Made by a program: the position numbers and the translations under genes. This document shows positions 1 to 9,089 of a DNA stretch of 64,000 nucleotides, piece by piece. Where the stretch lies: NCBI GenBank assembly GCA_029060755.1, contig JAIDTI010000089.1:1744-65743 (forward strand), read 5' to 3'. Below the pieces are notes generated by a model, which ran no database searches, had not been told where the DNA came from, and was given only the letters and a program-made list of their open reading frames with translations. Source of the DNA: Ruminococcus sp. (GTDB taxonomy: Bacteria; Bacillota; Clostridia; Oscillospirales; Ruminococcaceae). The stretch's first letter is position 1, and each line of letters starts with the position of its first letter.

Positions 1-1
1 A

Positions 2-1222
2 ACTATAGTATTTGTTTTTCTGTTTATTGTGGATTTGATAAGAAACGAAAAAGCGCTATTGAAGAATTTCAGGCTTGAATCACTGAAAAGGGGTACAAGT
101 CTTATATGGCTTTCGGGAGTTGCCCTGATTCCCGAAACTGCTATAGTAGTATTGTACTTTATAAATACAGATGCAGACATTTTTCCAAAAATACTTTCAA
201 TTGTGATACCGTTGATTTGTCTGATTGTCACTTTCCTGTCGGGATTTATAAAAACGGCTGTAAGTTCAAAGCAGATTAAGCTTAAAGACTACATTCTGCT
301 TTTTCTTTTATGGTGGTTTCCGGTTGTGAATCTTGTGCTGATTCATAAATTCTACAAAACGGCAAAAAAAGAGTATATTTTTGAAGCGGATAAACTGGAA
401 CTTGAAAATGCAAGAGCTGAAAATGAAATCTGCAAAACAAAATATCCTGTTGTTATGGTACATGGTATTTTTTTCCGTGACTGGCAGTTGATGAACTATT
501 GGGGACGTGTTCCTGCAAGTCTTATTCGAAACGGTGCAGAAGTTTATTACGGTAATCAGCAGTCAGCAAGGTCAATCCCCGACAGTGCAGAGGAACTTAA
601 ACAGGCAGTTATGAAAGTAATTGCTGAAACAGGAGCTGAAAAGGTGAACATAATCGCACATTCAAAAGGCGGTCTTGATTCACGATACGCAATAAGCACT
701 CTCGGACTTGATGAATATGTTGCAACGCTTACAACAATAAATACTCCGCATGGCGGTAGTGATATGGTTGATTATCTGCTTGCAAAGTTTTCTCCGAAAA
801 CGCTTGAATGGATTGCAAGAAGATATAACAGTATTTTCAGAAAACTTGGCGACAATGACCCCGATTTTGTTGCTGGTGTAAAAGACTTATCGCCTGAAAG
901 ACTGAATGAGCTTTCAAAATATATGATTGATTCCCCGAATGTTTCGTACAGAAGTTGTATGTCATGTATGAAAAATGTTTTTTCAGCAGGATTTCCGCTT
1001 AATCTCGGCTATATGATAATCAAAAGGCTGAACGGAGACAATGACGGGCTTGTGTGGATTGAATCAGCAAAGCACGGTGATTTCAGACTGGTGACCGCAT
1101 CAAAGACAAGAGGAATAAGTCACGGCGATACAATCGACCTTTTCAGAGAAAACATTGAGGGATATGACATAAGGGAATTTTATATAAATCTTGTTGCAGA
1201 ACTCAAAAAACAGGGATATTAA
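2..1222 (+). CDS. Membrane-anchored alpha/beta-hydrolase (triacylglycerol lipase-like), probably 5'-truncated by the window
   Basis: VVMVHG oxyanion strand, AHSKGG nucleophile elbow, NDGLV Asp motif and SHGD His; N-terminal hydrophobic helices. The frame is open from base 2, so the GTG at 29 may not be the true start. Confidence 0.85.
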   Translation, partial: TIVFVFLFIVDLIRNEKALLKNFRLESLKRGTSLIWLSGVALIPETAIVVLYFINTDADIFPKILSIVIPLICLIVTFLSGFIKTAVSSKQIKLKDYILLFLLWWFPVVNLVLIHKFYKTAKKEYIFEADKLELENARAENEICKTKYPVVMVHGIFFRDWQLMNYWGRVPASLIRNGAEVYYGNQQSARSIPDSAEELKQAVMKVIAETGAEKVNIIAHSKGGLDSRYAISTLGLDEYVATLTTINTPHGGSDMVDYLLAKFSPKTLEWIARRYNSIFRKLGDNDPDFVAGVKDLSPERLNELSKYMIDSPNVSYRSCMSCMKNVFSAGFPLNLGYMIIKRLNGDNDGLVWIESAKHGDFRLVTASKTRGISHGDTIDLFRENIEGYDIREFYINLVAELKKQGY

Positions 1223-1596
1223 TTAAACTTTTTTCTTATCTGCCTGCATACAAAAAATGCAGGAATACACAAAATTCCCCATAGCATAGAGAAAAAAGGA
1301 CAAATCTGCCCGAAGATATTGAACGGAATATCTGAATAGTCCCATACGTTCCAGCCCATAATTATATTGTCGAAAATTCCTACTATAAACTCAATGCAGG
1401 TAATAATAACAGCCCCGATAATACAGCTTTTTATCAGCGTCATTGTCTTACTGCTGTTGATGATATAGAGTATTGTAAGAGCAAGTCCGCCCGTAAGACA
1501 CATTGTCCAGTGAGTAAATCCTCTGCTTGCAACTTCAATAAATCCATATAAAAAATAACCCATAAGAAAAGTAAAAAGATATTGAGCGTATTTCAT
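1219..1596 (-). CDS. Small integral membrane protein, putative ABC-transporter permease CmpB-like family
   Basis: Family-typical GY.LYG.IE...RG.THWTM, ITCIEF.VG and WDYS..PFN..GQIC motifs; 4 hydrophobic segments; GAGG RBS. Confidence 0.75.
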   Translation of the reverse strand: MKYAQYLFTFLMGYFLYGFIEVASRGFTHWTMCLTGGLALTILYIINSSKTMTLIKSCIIGAVIITCIEFIVGIFDNIIMGWNVWDYSDIPFNIFGQICPFFSMLWGILCIPAFFVCRQIRKKFN

Positions 1597-1622
1597 AAAT
1601 TAAGTACCTCGCTTTTTTCATG

Positions 1623-1651
1623 TATTATGCGGAATAATTGTAAAAATATAC
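1623..1651 (-). promoter_or_regulatory. Candidate sigma-G (forespore) promoter of the small membrane-protein gene
   Basis: Minus strand GTATA-N17-CATAATA matches the Bacillus sigma-G consensus GHATR-N17/18-CATWHTA, 26 nt upstream of the ATG. Confidence 0.5.
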
Positions 1652-1675
1652 ATAAAATAAAGGAGCTTTAAAAAA

Positions 1676-3148
1676 ATGCGTAAAAGCTGTATAATTTTTC
1701 ATATTTCAAGTTTGCCGTCGGAATACGGCATAGGAAAAATGGGAAGGCACGCTTTTAAATTTGTCGATTTCCTTAAAGATGCAGGAGTAAAATGTTGGCA
1801 GATTTTACCGTTGTCACCCACAAGTTATGGTGATTCACCTTATCAGTCATTTTCTGTAAATGCAGGAAATCCATATTTTATTGATTTTGAGATTCTTGAG
1901 GGCGACGGACTTCTTGAACATCATGAATATGCGTCAATAGACTGGGACAGCAACCCGCAGAAAGTAGACTATAGTCTTATATATGAACATTGCTTTGATG
2001 TTTTAAGGGTAGCACATTCAAGATTCAAGGCATCAAAATTTCCCGATTATAAAAAATTCTGTAAAGAAAATGAGGAATGGCTTGACGAATACGCTCTTTT
2101 CATGGCACTTAAATTCAAGTACAACGGAAAAGCGTGGTATGAATGGGAGGAGGAAATCTCAACTCACAAGATAAAAGCTGTTGCAGATGCAAGAAAACAG
2201 CTTAAAAGTGACATAGATTTTTATAAGTTTATACAATTTGAGTTCAGCAGACAGTGGAAAGCACTCAAATTATATGCAAATCAGAATGATATAGAAATAG
2301 TTGGGGATATTCCGATTTACTGCGCACTGGACAGCGTTGAAGCTTGGTCTAATCACAAGCTTTTCTGGTTCGACAGAAAATGCCGTCCCGTAAGAGTTGC
2401 AGGCTGTCCGCCCGACGACTTCTCACCAACAGGACAACTCTGGGGAAATCCACTCTATGACTGGGATTATCACAAGAAAACAGGTTATAAATGGTGGATT
2501 GACCGCATAGACTCCGCAACAAAACTTTATGACATTGTAAGAATAGACCATTTCAGAGGCTTTGAAAGTTACTATACTATTCCTTTTGGCAGTGAGGATG
2601 CAACAGTAGGCGATTGGAAAAAAGGTCCTGACTATGAGCTTTTCAGAATGGCAGAGGAAAAACTGGGCAAGCTTAATATTATAGCTGAAGATTTGGGATT
2701 CATTACTCCTGAAGTCCGTGCAATGCTTGATAACTGCGGTTATCCGGGAATGAAGGTTTTGCAGTTTGGATTCAGCGACGGCGAAAATGAACATCTTCCG
2801 CACAATTTTACAACAACAAACTGTTTTGCGTATACTGGAACTCACGACAATGAAACACTTAATGGCTGGGTTGAAACACTTGACAAGAAGTCACTGAAAT
2901 TTACAAGAAAATATCTGAATGTAAAGAAAAAGTCCGATATACCTATGGCGGTAGTACGTGCAACATGGGCAAGTGTTGCAGAAGTTGCAGTTGCACAGAT
3001 GCAGGATTTTCTTGATAGTCCGAAAGATGCACGAATGAACACACCGTCAACACTTGGCTGTAACTGGCAGTTCAGAGCAAAAGAAGAACAATTTACACCT
3101 GAACTTGCAAAAAAAATCCGCAAACTCAATAAAATGTACAACAGATAA
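1676..3148 (+). CDS. malQ: 4-alpha-glucanotransferase (GH77 amylomaltase)
   Basis: WQILPL, SPY, GDIPIY, GQLWGNP, RIDHFRG, AEDLG and YTGTHDN motifs. Confidence 0.97.
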   Translation: MRKSCIIFHISSLPSEYGIGKMGRHAFKFVDFLKDAGVKCWQILPLSPTSYGDSPYQSFSVNAGNPYFIDFEILEGDGLLEHHEYASIDWDSNPQKVDYSLIYEHCFDVLRVAHSRFKASKFPDYKKFCKENEEWLDEYALFMALKFKYNGKAWYEWEEEISTHKIKAVADARKQLKSDIDFYKFIQFEFSRQWKALKLYANQNDIEIVGDIPIYCALDSVEAWSNHKLFWFDRKCRPVRVAGCPPDDFSPTGQLWGNPLYDWDYHKKTGYKWWIDRIDSATKLYDIVRIDHFRGFESYYTIPFGSEDATVGDWKKGPDYELFRMAEEKLGKLNIIAEDLGFITPEVRAMLDNCGYPGMKVLQFGFSDGENEHLPHNFTTTNCFAYTGTHDNETLNGWVETLDKKSLKFTRKYLNVKKKSDIPMAVVRATWASVAEVAVAQMQDFLDSPKDARMNTPSTLGCNWQFRAKEEQFTPELAKKIRKLNKMYNR

Positions 3149-3183
3149 ATCTGTAAAATAAATTAATTTTCTGGAGGAAACCA

Positions 3184-5529
3184 ATGGATAAGAATATTTT
3201 TATTGAAAAATTCACGGGAAAACTTCCCAAAGACATCAGAACAGCAACTCCGCAGCAACTCCATAATGCGCTCGGCGATACAGTTATGGAGTTGTACGCT
3301 GATAAGTGGAACGCAAGCAGACAGGAACATCTTGGAAAAAGACGTGCTGCATATCTTTCTATGGAATTTCTTGTCGGACGTGCAGTTTATAATAATCTTC
3401 TCTGTCTCGGAATTTATGATGAAGTAAATTCTGCATTTAATGAACTTGGTCTTAACCTTGCTGATTTGGAAGTAATTGAAGATGCGGCACTCGGCAATGG
3501 TGGACTTGGCAGACTTGCAGCCTGTTTCCTTGACAGTGCGGCTACACTTTCACTTCCTCTTGACGGCTACGGAATCCGCTATAAATACGGTCTTTTCAAG
3601 CAGTCAATCGTTGACGGATTTCAGAAAGAAGATATTGACGACTGGACAAAATACGGTGACTGCTGGTCAAAAAGATGCGACGAAGATACAGTTCTGATTA
3701 ATTTCAACGGACAGACTGTTAAAGCTGTTCCCTATGATATGCCGATTTTCGGCTGTAAGACTGAAAACGTCGGCACGCTCCGTTTGTGGCAGTCTGAACC
3801 AGTGAAAGAGTTTGATTTTGATACATTCAACAGACAGAACTATCTTGAAGCATCAAAAGAACAGATTTTTGCAGAGGATATTTCAAGAGTACTTTATCCT
3901 AATGATGATACGAATGAGGGTAAAAAGCTCCGTCTTAAACAGCAGTATTTCTTTAGTTGTGCATCTCTTACTGATATAATCAGAAAACATAAAGCAAGAT
4001 ATGGCACACTTGATAATCTTGCTGACTATATTTCCGTACAGCTTAACGATACACACCCTGTTATTTCAATCCCTGAACTTATCCGCCAGCTTGTTGACAA
4101 TGAGGGCTATACTTTTGCAAATGCTCTTGAAATTGCAAAGAAAGTTTTCAACTACACAAATCATACTGTTATGCAGGAGGCACTTGAAAAATGGTGGATT
4201 GGTATAGTTCAGGAACTTCTGCCACGAATCTATGAAATCATTATTCAGATTAATGAGGAACTTATTGCAGATATGTACAATAAGGGCATAGATAAGGAAA
4301 AAATCAACAGAATCAAGATTATCAAGGGTGAACTTATTCATATGGCTGATATGGCTTGTTATGCATCAAGTCATATTAATGGAGTTGCTGAAATTCATAC
4401 GCAGATACTCAAAGACACAGTGCTTGCCGACTGGTACAGCATCTACCCCGAACGTTTCCGCAATGAGACAAACGGTATAACTCAAAGACGCTGGCTTGCA
4501 CTCTGCAACATGGAACTTTCTGCACTTATTACGGAACTTCTTGGCAGTGACAGCTGGCTTACAGACCTTGACAAGCTGAAAGAACTTGCAAAATATGCAG
4601 AAGATGAAGAAGTAATGAAACGCTTTATTGAAATCAAGAAAAACAAGAAGATACAGCTTGCGAACTTTATTGCAGAGCGTGACGGAGTGGAAATCAATCC
4701 CGACTCTGTTTTTGATATTCAAATTAAGCGACTTCACGAATACAAGAGACAGCTCCTTAATGCGTTTTCGATTCTCTGGATTTACTATGGAATCAAGGAC
4801 GGCTCTATCAAGAATTTTGCTCCTACAACATTTATTTTCGGTGCAAAGTCTGCTCCCGGATATAAACGTGCAAAGGCTATAATCAAGTATATTAACGAAA
4901 TCGGCAGAATAGTTTCATCTGACCCCGAAACAAGAGACCTCCTCAAAGTTGTATTTGTACAGAACTACAATGTATCATACGCTGAAAAACTTGTTGCCGG
5001 TGCAGATATTTCAGAGCAGATTTCCACAGCAGGTACAGAAGCAAGCGGTACAGGTAATATGAAACTTATGCTTAATGGTGCGGTTACTCTTGGAACATAT
5101 GACGGTGCTAATATTGAAATCGTGCAGGAGGCAGGAGAAGAAAACAACTATATCTTTGGTGCAAGAGTTGAGGATTTGGAAAAAATCGTTCCTGAATATG
5201 AAAGCCGTAAGATATTTGCACAGAATCCGAAAATCAAAGCAGTTGTATCTTCACTTATTGATGGCACAGTTTCAGACGGTGGTTCAGGTGATTTCCGTGA
5301 ACTTTATATGTCACTTCTTGACGGTGCAAGCTGGCATAAGCCCGACCATTATTATCTGCTTGGTGACCTTGAAAGCTATGTTGAAACAAAACTCAAGTCC
5401 AATGCGGATTATGGTACAGACCGCATGGCATTTGCAAAGAAACAGTGGCTTAATATGTGCAATGCAGGCAAATTCAGTTCCGACAGAACAATTGCTGATT
5501 ATGCCGAAAATATCTGGAATATAAAATAA
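3184..5529 (+). CDS. glgP: Glycogen/maltodextrin phosphorylase (GT35)
   Basis: ALGNGGLGRLAACFLDS, LRLKQQYFF, QLNDTHP, IKRLHEYKRQLL, EASGTGNMK (PLP lysine) and FSSDRTI motifs. Confidence 0.97.
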   Translation: MDKNIFIEKFTGKLPKDIRTATPQQLHNALGDTVMELYADKWNASRQEHLGKRRAAYLSMEFLVGRAVYNNLLCLGIYDEVNSAFNELGLNLADLEVIEDAALGNGGLGRLAACFLDSAATLSLPLDGYGIRYKYGLFKQSIVDGFQKEDIDDWTKYGDCWSKRCDEDTVLINFNGQTVKAVPYDMPIFGCKTENVGTLRLWQSEPVKEFDFDTFNRQNYLEASKEQIFAEDISRVLYPNDDTNEGKKLRLKQQYFFSCASLTDIIRKHKARYGTLDNLADYISVQLNDTHPVISIPELIRQLVDNEGYTFANALEIAKKVFNYTNHTVMQEALEKWWIGIVQELLPRIYEIIIQINEELIADMYNKGIDKEKINRIKIIKGELIHMADMACYASSHINGVAEIHTQILKDTVLADWYSIYPERFRNETNGITQRRWLALCNMELSALITELLGSDSWLTDLDKLKELAKYAEDEEVMKRFIEIKKNKKIQLANFIAERDGVEINPDSVFDIQIKRLHEYKRQLLNAFSILWIYYGIKDGSIKNFAPTTFIFGAKSAPGYKRAKAIIKYINEIGRIVSSDPETRDLLKVVFVQNYNVSYAEKLVAGADISEQISTAGTEASGTGNMKLMLNGAVTLGTYDGANIEIVQEAGEENNYIFGARVEDLEKIVPEYESRKIFAQNPKIKAVVSSLIDGTVSDGGSGDFRELYMSLLDGASWHKPDHYYLLGDLESYVETKLKSNADYGTDRMAFAKKQWLNMCNAGKFSSDRTIADYAENIWNIK

Positions 5530-5530
5530 T

Positions 5531-5872
5531 ATGAAATCTATAGATTTCTATTATAAGGGAATTGAGGAATTTAACAAGAAAAATTATTTATCAGCAATAG
5601 AATATTTCAAAATTTCTGGCAGTTTAGAAAATCACTATAAAACATATGAAATGTTATTCCAATGCTGGAAAGCAGTTTCCAACATGAATGAAGCTTATGA
5701 TTGTATAAAAAAAGCTTATGTTTTAAATTCTGCAAATGATAAGGTAGCATATGAATATGCTGAAACATCTGTTCAATTCGGTGATAAAGAATCATCCCAA
5801 AAAGTTTTAACAGAAATCTTGAAAAGAAATCCAACATATAAAAAAGCCAGACAACTTTTAGATTTAATATAA
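5531..5872 (+). CDS. Small TPR-repeat protein
   Basis: YYKG...NYLSAIEYF and EAYDCIKKAY..N helical TPR pattern; abuts the glgP stop. Confidence 0.65.
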   Translation: MKSIDFYYKGIEEFNKKNYLSAIEYFKISGSLENHYKTYEMLFQCWKAVSNMNEAYDCIKKAYVLNSANDKVAYEYAETSVQFGDKESSQKVLTEILKRNPTYKKARQLLDLI

Positions 5873-5879
5873 AAAAATA

Positions 5880-5919
5880 AACACCACAGCACATGAATAA
5901 ATTGAAATGCTGTGGTGTT
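5880..5919. terminator. Bidirectional intrinsic terminator between convergent genes
   Basis: 12-bp inverted repeat AACACCACAGCA / TGCTGTGGTGTT flanked by A and T tracts. Confidence 0.8.
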
Positions 5920-5925
5920 AAATTT

Positions 5926-7611
5926 TTACTTGTTTAAACCGCCGATTATACTGAAAGCATAGGGGATATTTTCAGTGATTGTTTTTGCATCACGTGGATT
6001 TATGGAAAACTCATATGTTCCGATTTGTGCAATATCATTTGTTTCAAGATTTGTTACATATATAGTTACGTTGAAATTATTTGTTTCAGCTGTAAGAGGT
6101 GTAACAATTGAGTTCATTTCAGGGGCAAAAATGGCATATGAAAGTTTTGTTATTTTTCCGTTACTGTCTGTAATTGCATAGTCAACACTGAATCTGCCTG
6201 ATACATCTTTTGGAATCGGTGTATAGAATGCAATATTTTTTGCGTCTGATTTGTCACCTAAAACATAGCTGAAATTAAATTCAGGTACGGGGACTTCTTC
6301 ATCAACAACTTTTACTTCAATTTCAGCATATACAGACGGGTCGCTTACGCTGTAAACAGTTACTTTACATTCTCCGACGGATATACCCTTTATCCAGCCA
6401 TATTTGTCTACAGTTGCGATTTTTTCGTCTGAACTTACCCATATTTCACCTTTATCAGAGGCATTTGCAGGATACATTGTTACCATTGGAATATTTTTTC
6501 CACCTACAGAAATTGTAAAGCTGTTTTGTGAAACGCTTATTTCTGTTACCTTTATATTTGTGGTTGCAGTTGTTTCAGTTCCGGTAGATGTGGTTGTAGT
6601 TTCTGATGTGGTTGTTGATGTAGTTTCTGTTGTTGTTTCCGACGATGTTGCAGTAGTTGTTTCTGATGTTGATGTTGTTGTAATTGGCTCACCGTCTGAT
6701 ACATTTACAATAATTACAGCAAAAACGTTCGGATTGTCGGCACTTTGGATAATAACTTTACATTGTCCCGCTTTTTTGCCGATTATCCAGCCAAGATTAT
6801 TTACAATTGCAATGCTGTCATCAGAGCTTGTCCATTTCATTTCCTGATTTACAGCATTGTTTGGTATTACCTTGATGTCAGTAATTCGCTCCGATTGTCC
6901 GACAGCTATATTTATCTCATTACGATTCAGAATTATTTCTGAAACTTTCTCTGTACTTGCAGTAGTTGTTGAAGAAGTGCTTGTTGTTGTGGAATTTGAT
7001 GTGGCTGTAGAAGTACTTGCAGTTGTATTTGATGTAGCAGTAGAAGTACTTGTGGTTGTATTTGATGTAGCAGTAGAAGTGCTTGCGGTTGTGCTTGATG
7101 TGGCTGTAGAAGTACTTGCAGTTGTACTTGATGTAACAGTAGAAGTGCTTGCAGTTGTACTTGATGTGGCTGTAGAAGTGCTTGTGGTTGTGCTTGATGT
7201 AGTTGTAGCTGTTGTGGTTGTGGACTGAACAGGAGTTTCAAGCATCAGTTCCATAAACTGCTCAATATCTAATTGTCCGCCAGTTGAAACATATGAATAA
7301 TATGCAAGTATTATAGTAGCATCAGAAGCATTAATCTCTCCGCTTTTATCTACATCAGCAGCTTTTTTCTGATTATCATTTAAACTTGATTCTTTTCCGG
7401 TTGAAAGAAGTGAATACTCCTCCAGAACAATAGAAGAATCTGTTGCATCAACAGCATCATCATTATTGACATCGCCCAGCTTGTTGACTGCATCAGCAAA
7501 AGTAACAGGTGTATCAGCGTATGTAGTGATTTCAGGTATACCGACAGGAATAACAGTTGAGATGCCGATTGCTGTTGATATTATGGTTGCTGTAAGTTTT
7601 TTCTTTTTCAT
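5926..7611 (-). CDS. Secreted dockerin protein: signal peptide - dockerin - Thr/Ser linker - Big_2 Ig - Thr linker - Big_2 Ig - C-terminal PknB-like domain
   Basis: MKKKK+hydrophobic signal; duplicated Ca-binding loops GDVNNDDAVDATD and ADVDKSGEINASD (7276..7476); two Big_2-type repeats (WTSSDDSIAIV, WVSSDEKIATV). Confidence 0.85.
   Translation of the reverse strand: MKKKKLTATIISTAIGISTVIPVGIPEITTYADTPVTFADAVNKLGDVNNDDAVDATDSSIVLEEYSLLSTGKESSLNDNQKKAADVDKSGEINASDATIILAYYSYVSTGGQLDIEQFMELMLETPVQSTTTTATTTSSTTTSTSTATSSTTASTSTVTSSTTASTSTATSSTTASTSTATSNTTTSTSTATSNTTASTSTATSNSTTTSTSSTTTASTEKVSEIILNRNEINIAVGQSERITDIKVIPNNAVNQEMKWTSSDDSIAIVNNLGWIIGKKAGQCKVIIQSADNPNVFAVIIVNVSDGEPITTTSTSETTTATSSETTTETTSTTTSETTTTSTGTETTATTNIKVTEISVSQNSFTISVGGKNIPMVTMYPANASDKGEIWVSSDEKIATVDKYGWIKGISVGECKVTVYSVSDPSVYAEIEVKVVDEEVPVPEFNFSYVLGDKSDAKNIAFYTPIPKDVSGRFSVDYAITDSNGKITKLSYAIFAPEMNSIVTPLTAETNNFNVTIYVTNLETNDIAQIGTYEFSINPRDAKTITENIPYAFSIIGGLNK
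6986..7219. repeat. 33-bp tandem repeat (about 7 degenerate copies) encoding the TTASTSTATS[S/N] linker
   Basis: Units such as GTTGTATTTGATGTAGCAGTAGAAGTACTTGTG start at 7022, 7055, 7088, 7121, 7154 and 7187, plus a 36-bp unit at 6986. Confidence 0.9.
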
Positions 7612-7742
7612 GTTTACTCCTCTTATCTATATTTTTTGTGTGGATTTGCACACATTTCATTATACATCTTTTTTTATCAAAAATCAAGACAATAGCAATA
7701 TTGTTAAAAATGTGACTGAAATTTTTGGAATAAATCACAAAA

Positions 7743-7767
7743 AAAGACTGCCAATAATGACAGTCTT
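7743..7767 (-). terminator. Intrinsic terminator of cdaA-cdaR
   Basis: Minus strand AAGACTGTC-attatt-GGCAGTCTT followed by a T tract. Confidence 0.7.
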
Positions 7768-7790
7768 CTATAATATGATATACCTGAAAC

Positions 7791-9089
7791 TTATTCTTGT
7801 TCAGGATTGATTTTTGTACGCTGAATTATTACCTTTGAATTTGTTGTAACCCACACATCATCATAGTTAGGACAGGAGAATGTTACATTTGCATTGAACT
7901 GTTCTGTAGATACCGGAATATTCAGCAGATTTACATCAGCAATAATATCATCTGAATTTATTGCCTGTATTGATTCCTCTGAACCTATAACAGTTATATT
8001 CATTCTTTGCGTAAGGACTTTGTAGTCATAACTGCTGTCAGGAATATTACTTATAGATATTTTACTTTGGTCAACAATTAAATCAGTCTGCGAAAGATTC
8101 TCACTGTCAAGCGTTACTGTAACTGTTTCAAGATTTGAAATATTTATAAACTCACTATTTTCAAGGCTGGTACTAAGGGAAAATGTCTTTGAATAATTTG
8201 GTTTAAGTTCATTAAGAGAAATCACACCTATTGTAAGCGTATCAGGGATTTCCGTCTGACTGTTGTTGCAGGCAAGTAATACAGAATCAGTTGAAAGATT
8301 GAAATTTATCTTGTCTTTGTTAAAATCATTTGGCGCATTGCTTATTGCAACAGTAAGCTTCACTTCTTTCTGTGTGCGTACCGGAATAGTTATGCTGAAA
8401 TTTGTAGTATTGAATTTAAGTGTAGATTTGTCTATCAGTGCATTATCTTCCGTATACAGCTGAATTTCATCACTTGAAAGAACGTATGTCCTATCAAGAC
8501 TTAGTTCTTTTTTTGAAACAGCATAGCACTTTGATATTTTTTCAAGTTGTGCGGACGGACCTGTTATGCGTATAACGTCTGGCTCACATGAAAGCTCCTC
8601 ACGATTTATATCTTTTCCATTTACTACTGAAACGTTCGGTATCTGCGGAGTTATCGAAATTTCTTTTGTATCGATTTTATCAAATTCAATTGTTGCAGAG
8701 GGCGGATTAACTGATTTTACATCATATTTTATACCGTTTTTGCTTTTCAGTTTTATAGATATTTTTTTTGTTCCTGCATTTGAAACATTTTCAGCATCAA
8801 TATATGCCTCAATATTTTCACTGTTAATATTTCCTACTTGTGTACGGCTTGCAATAAGTTCAACAGTAACATCTTTTACATCACATGAAACAACACTTAA
8901 GCCATTCAGTTCTGCTGAAGTTCCCGAAATATCAAAAGATACTGGTATATGCTCAATTGTTTTTAAAACTGTCGGATATTGTGTAAGCGATATATAAAGC
9001 CATATTATAACAGCAATTATAACAGAAAAAACAGCAAGAGAAAAATTACTGTTAAAAAGATTTTCTTTCAGTCTGTTTATATGTTTCAT
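7791..9089 (-). CDS. cdaR: CdaR/YbbR-domain regulator of diadenylate cyclase
   Basis: N-terminal TM (LAVFSVIIAVIIWLYI) followed by YbbR-like beta repeats (P..V.I.GP, I.A..D); overlaps the cdaA stop. Confidence 0.88.
   Translation of the reverse strand: MKHINRLKENLFNSNFSLAVFSVIIAVIIWLYISLTQYPTVLKTIEHIPVSFDISGTSAELNGLSVVSCDVKDVTVELIASRTQVGNINSENIEAYIDAENVSNAGTKKISIKLKSKNGIKYDVKSVNPPSATIEFDKIDTKEISITPQIPNVSVVNGKDINREELSCEPDVIRITGPSAQLEKISKCYAVSKKELSLDRTYVLSSDEIQLYTEDNALIDKSTLKFNTTNFSITIPVRTQKEVKLTVAISNAPNDFNKDKINFNLSTDSVLLACNNSQTEIPDTLTIGVISLNELKPNYSKTFSLSTSLENSEFINISNLETVTVTLDSENLSQTDLIVDQSKISISNIPDSSYDYKVLTQRMNITVIGSEESIQAINSDDIIADVNLLNIPVSTEQFNANVTFSCPNYDDVWVTTNSKVIIQRTKINPEQE

Noticed and set aside
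1639-1652. TGTAAAAATATACA as a CcpA cre site
   Set aside because: It lacks the central CG and the conserved T of TGWNANCGNTNWCA; kept only as part of an unassigned motif.
6986-7219. Regular 33-bp periodicity as a possible CRISPR array
   Set aside because: The units are contiguous with no unique spacers, in frame within a CDS, and no cas genes are present.
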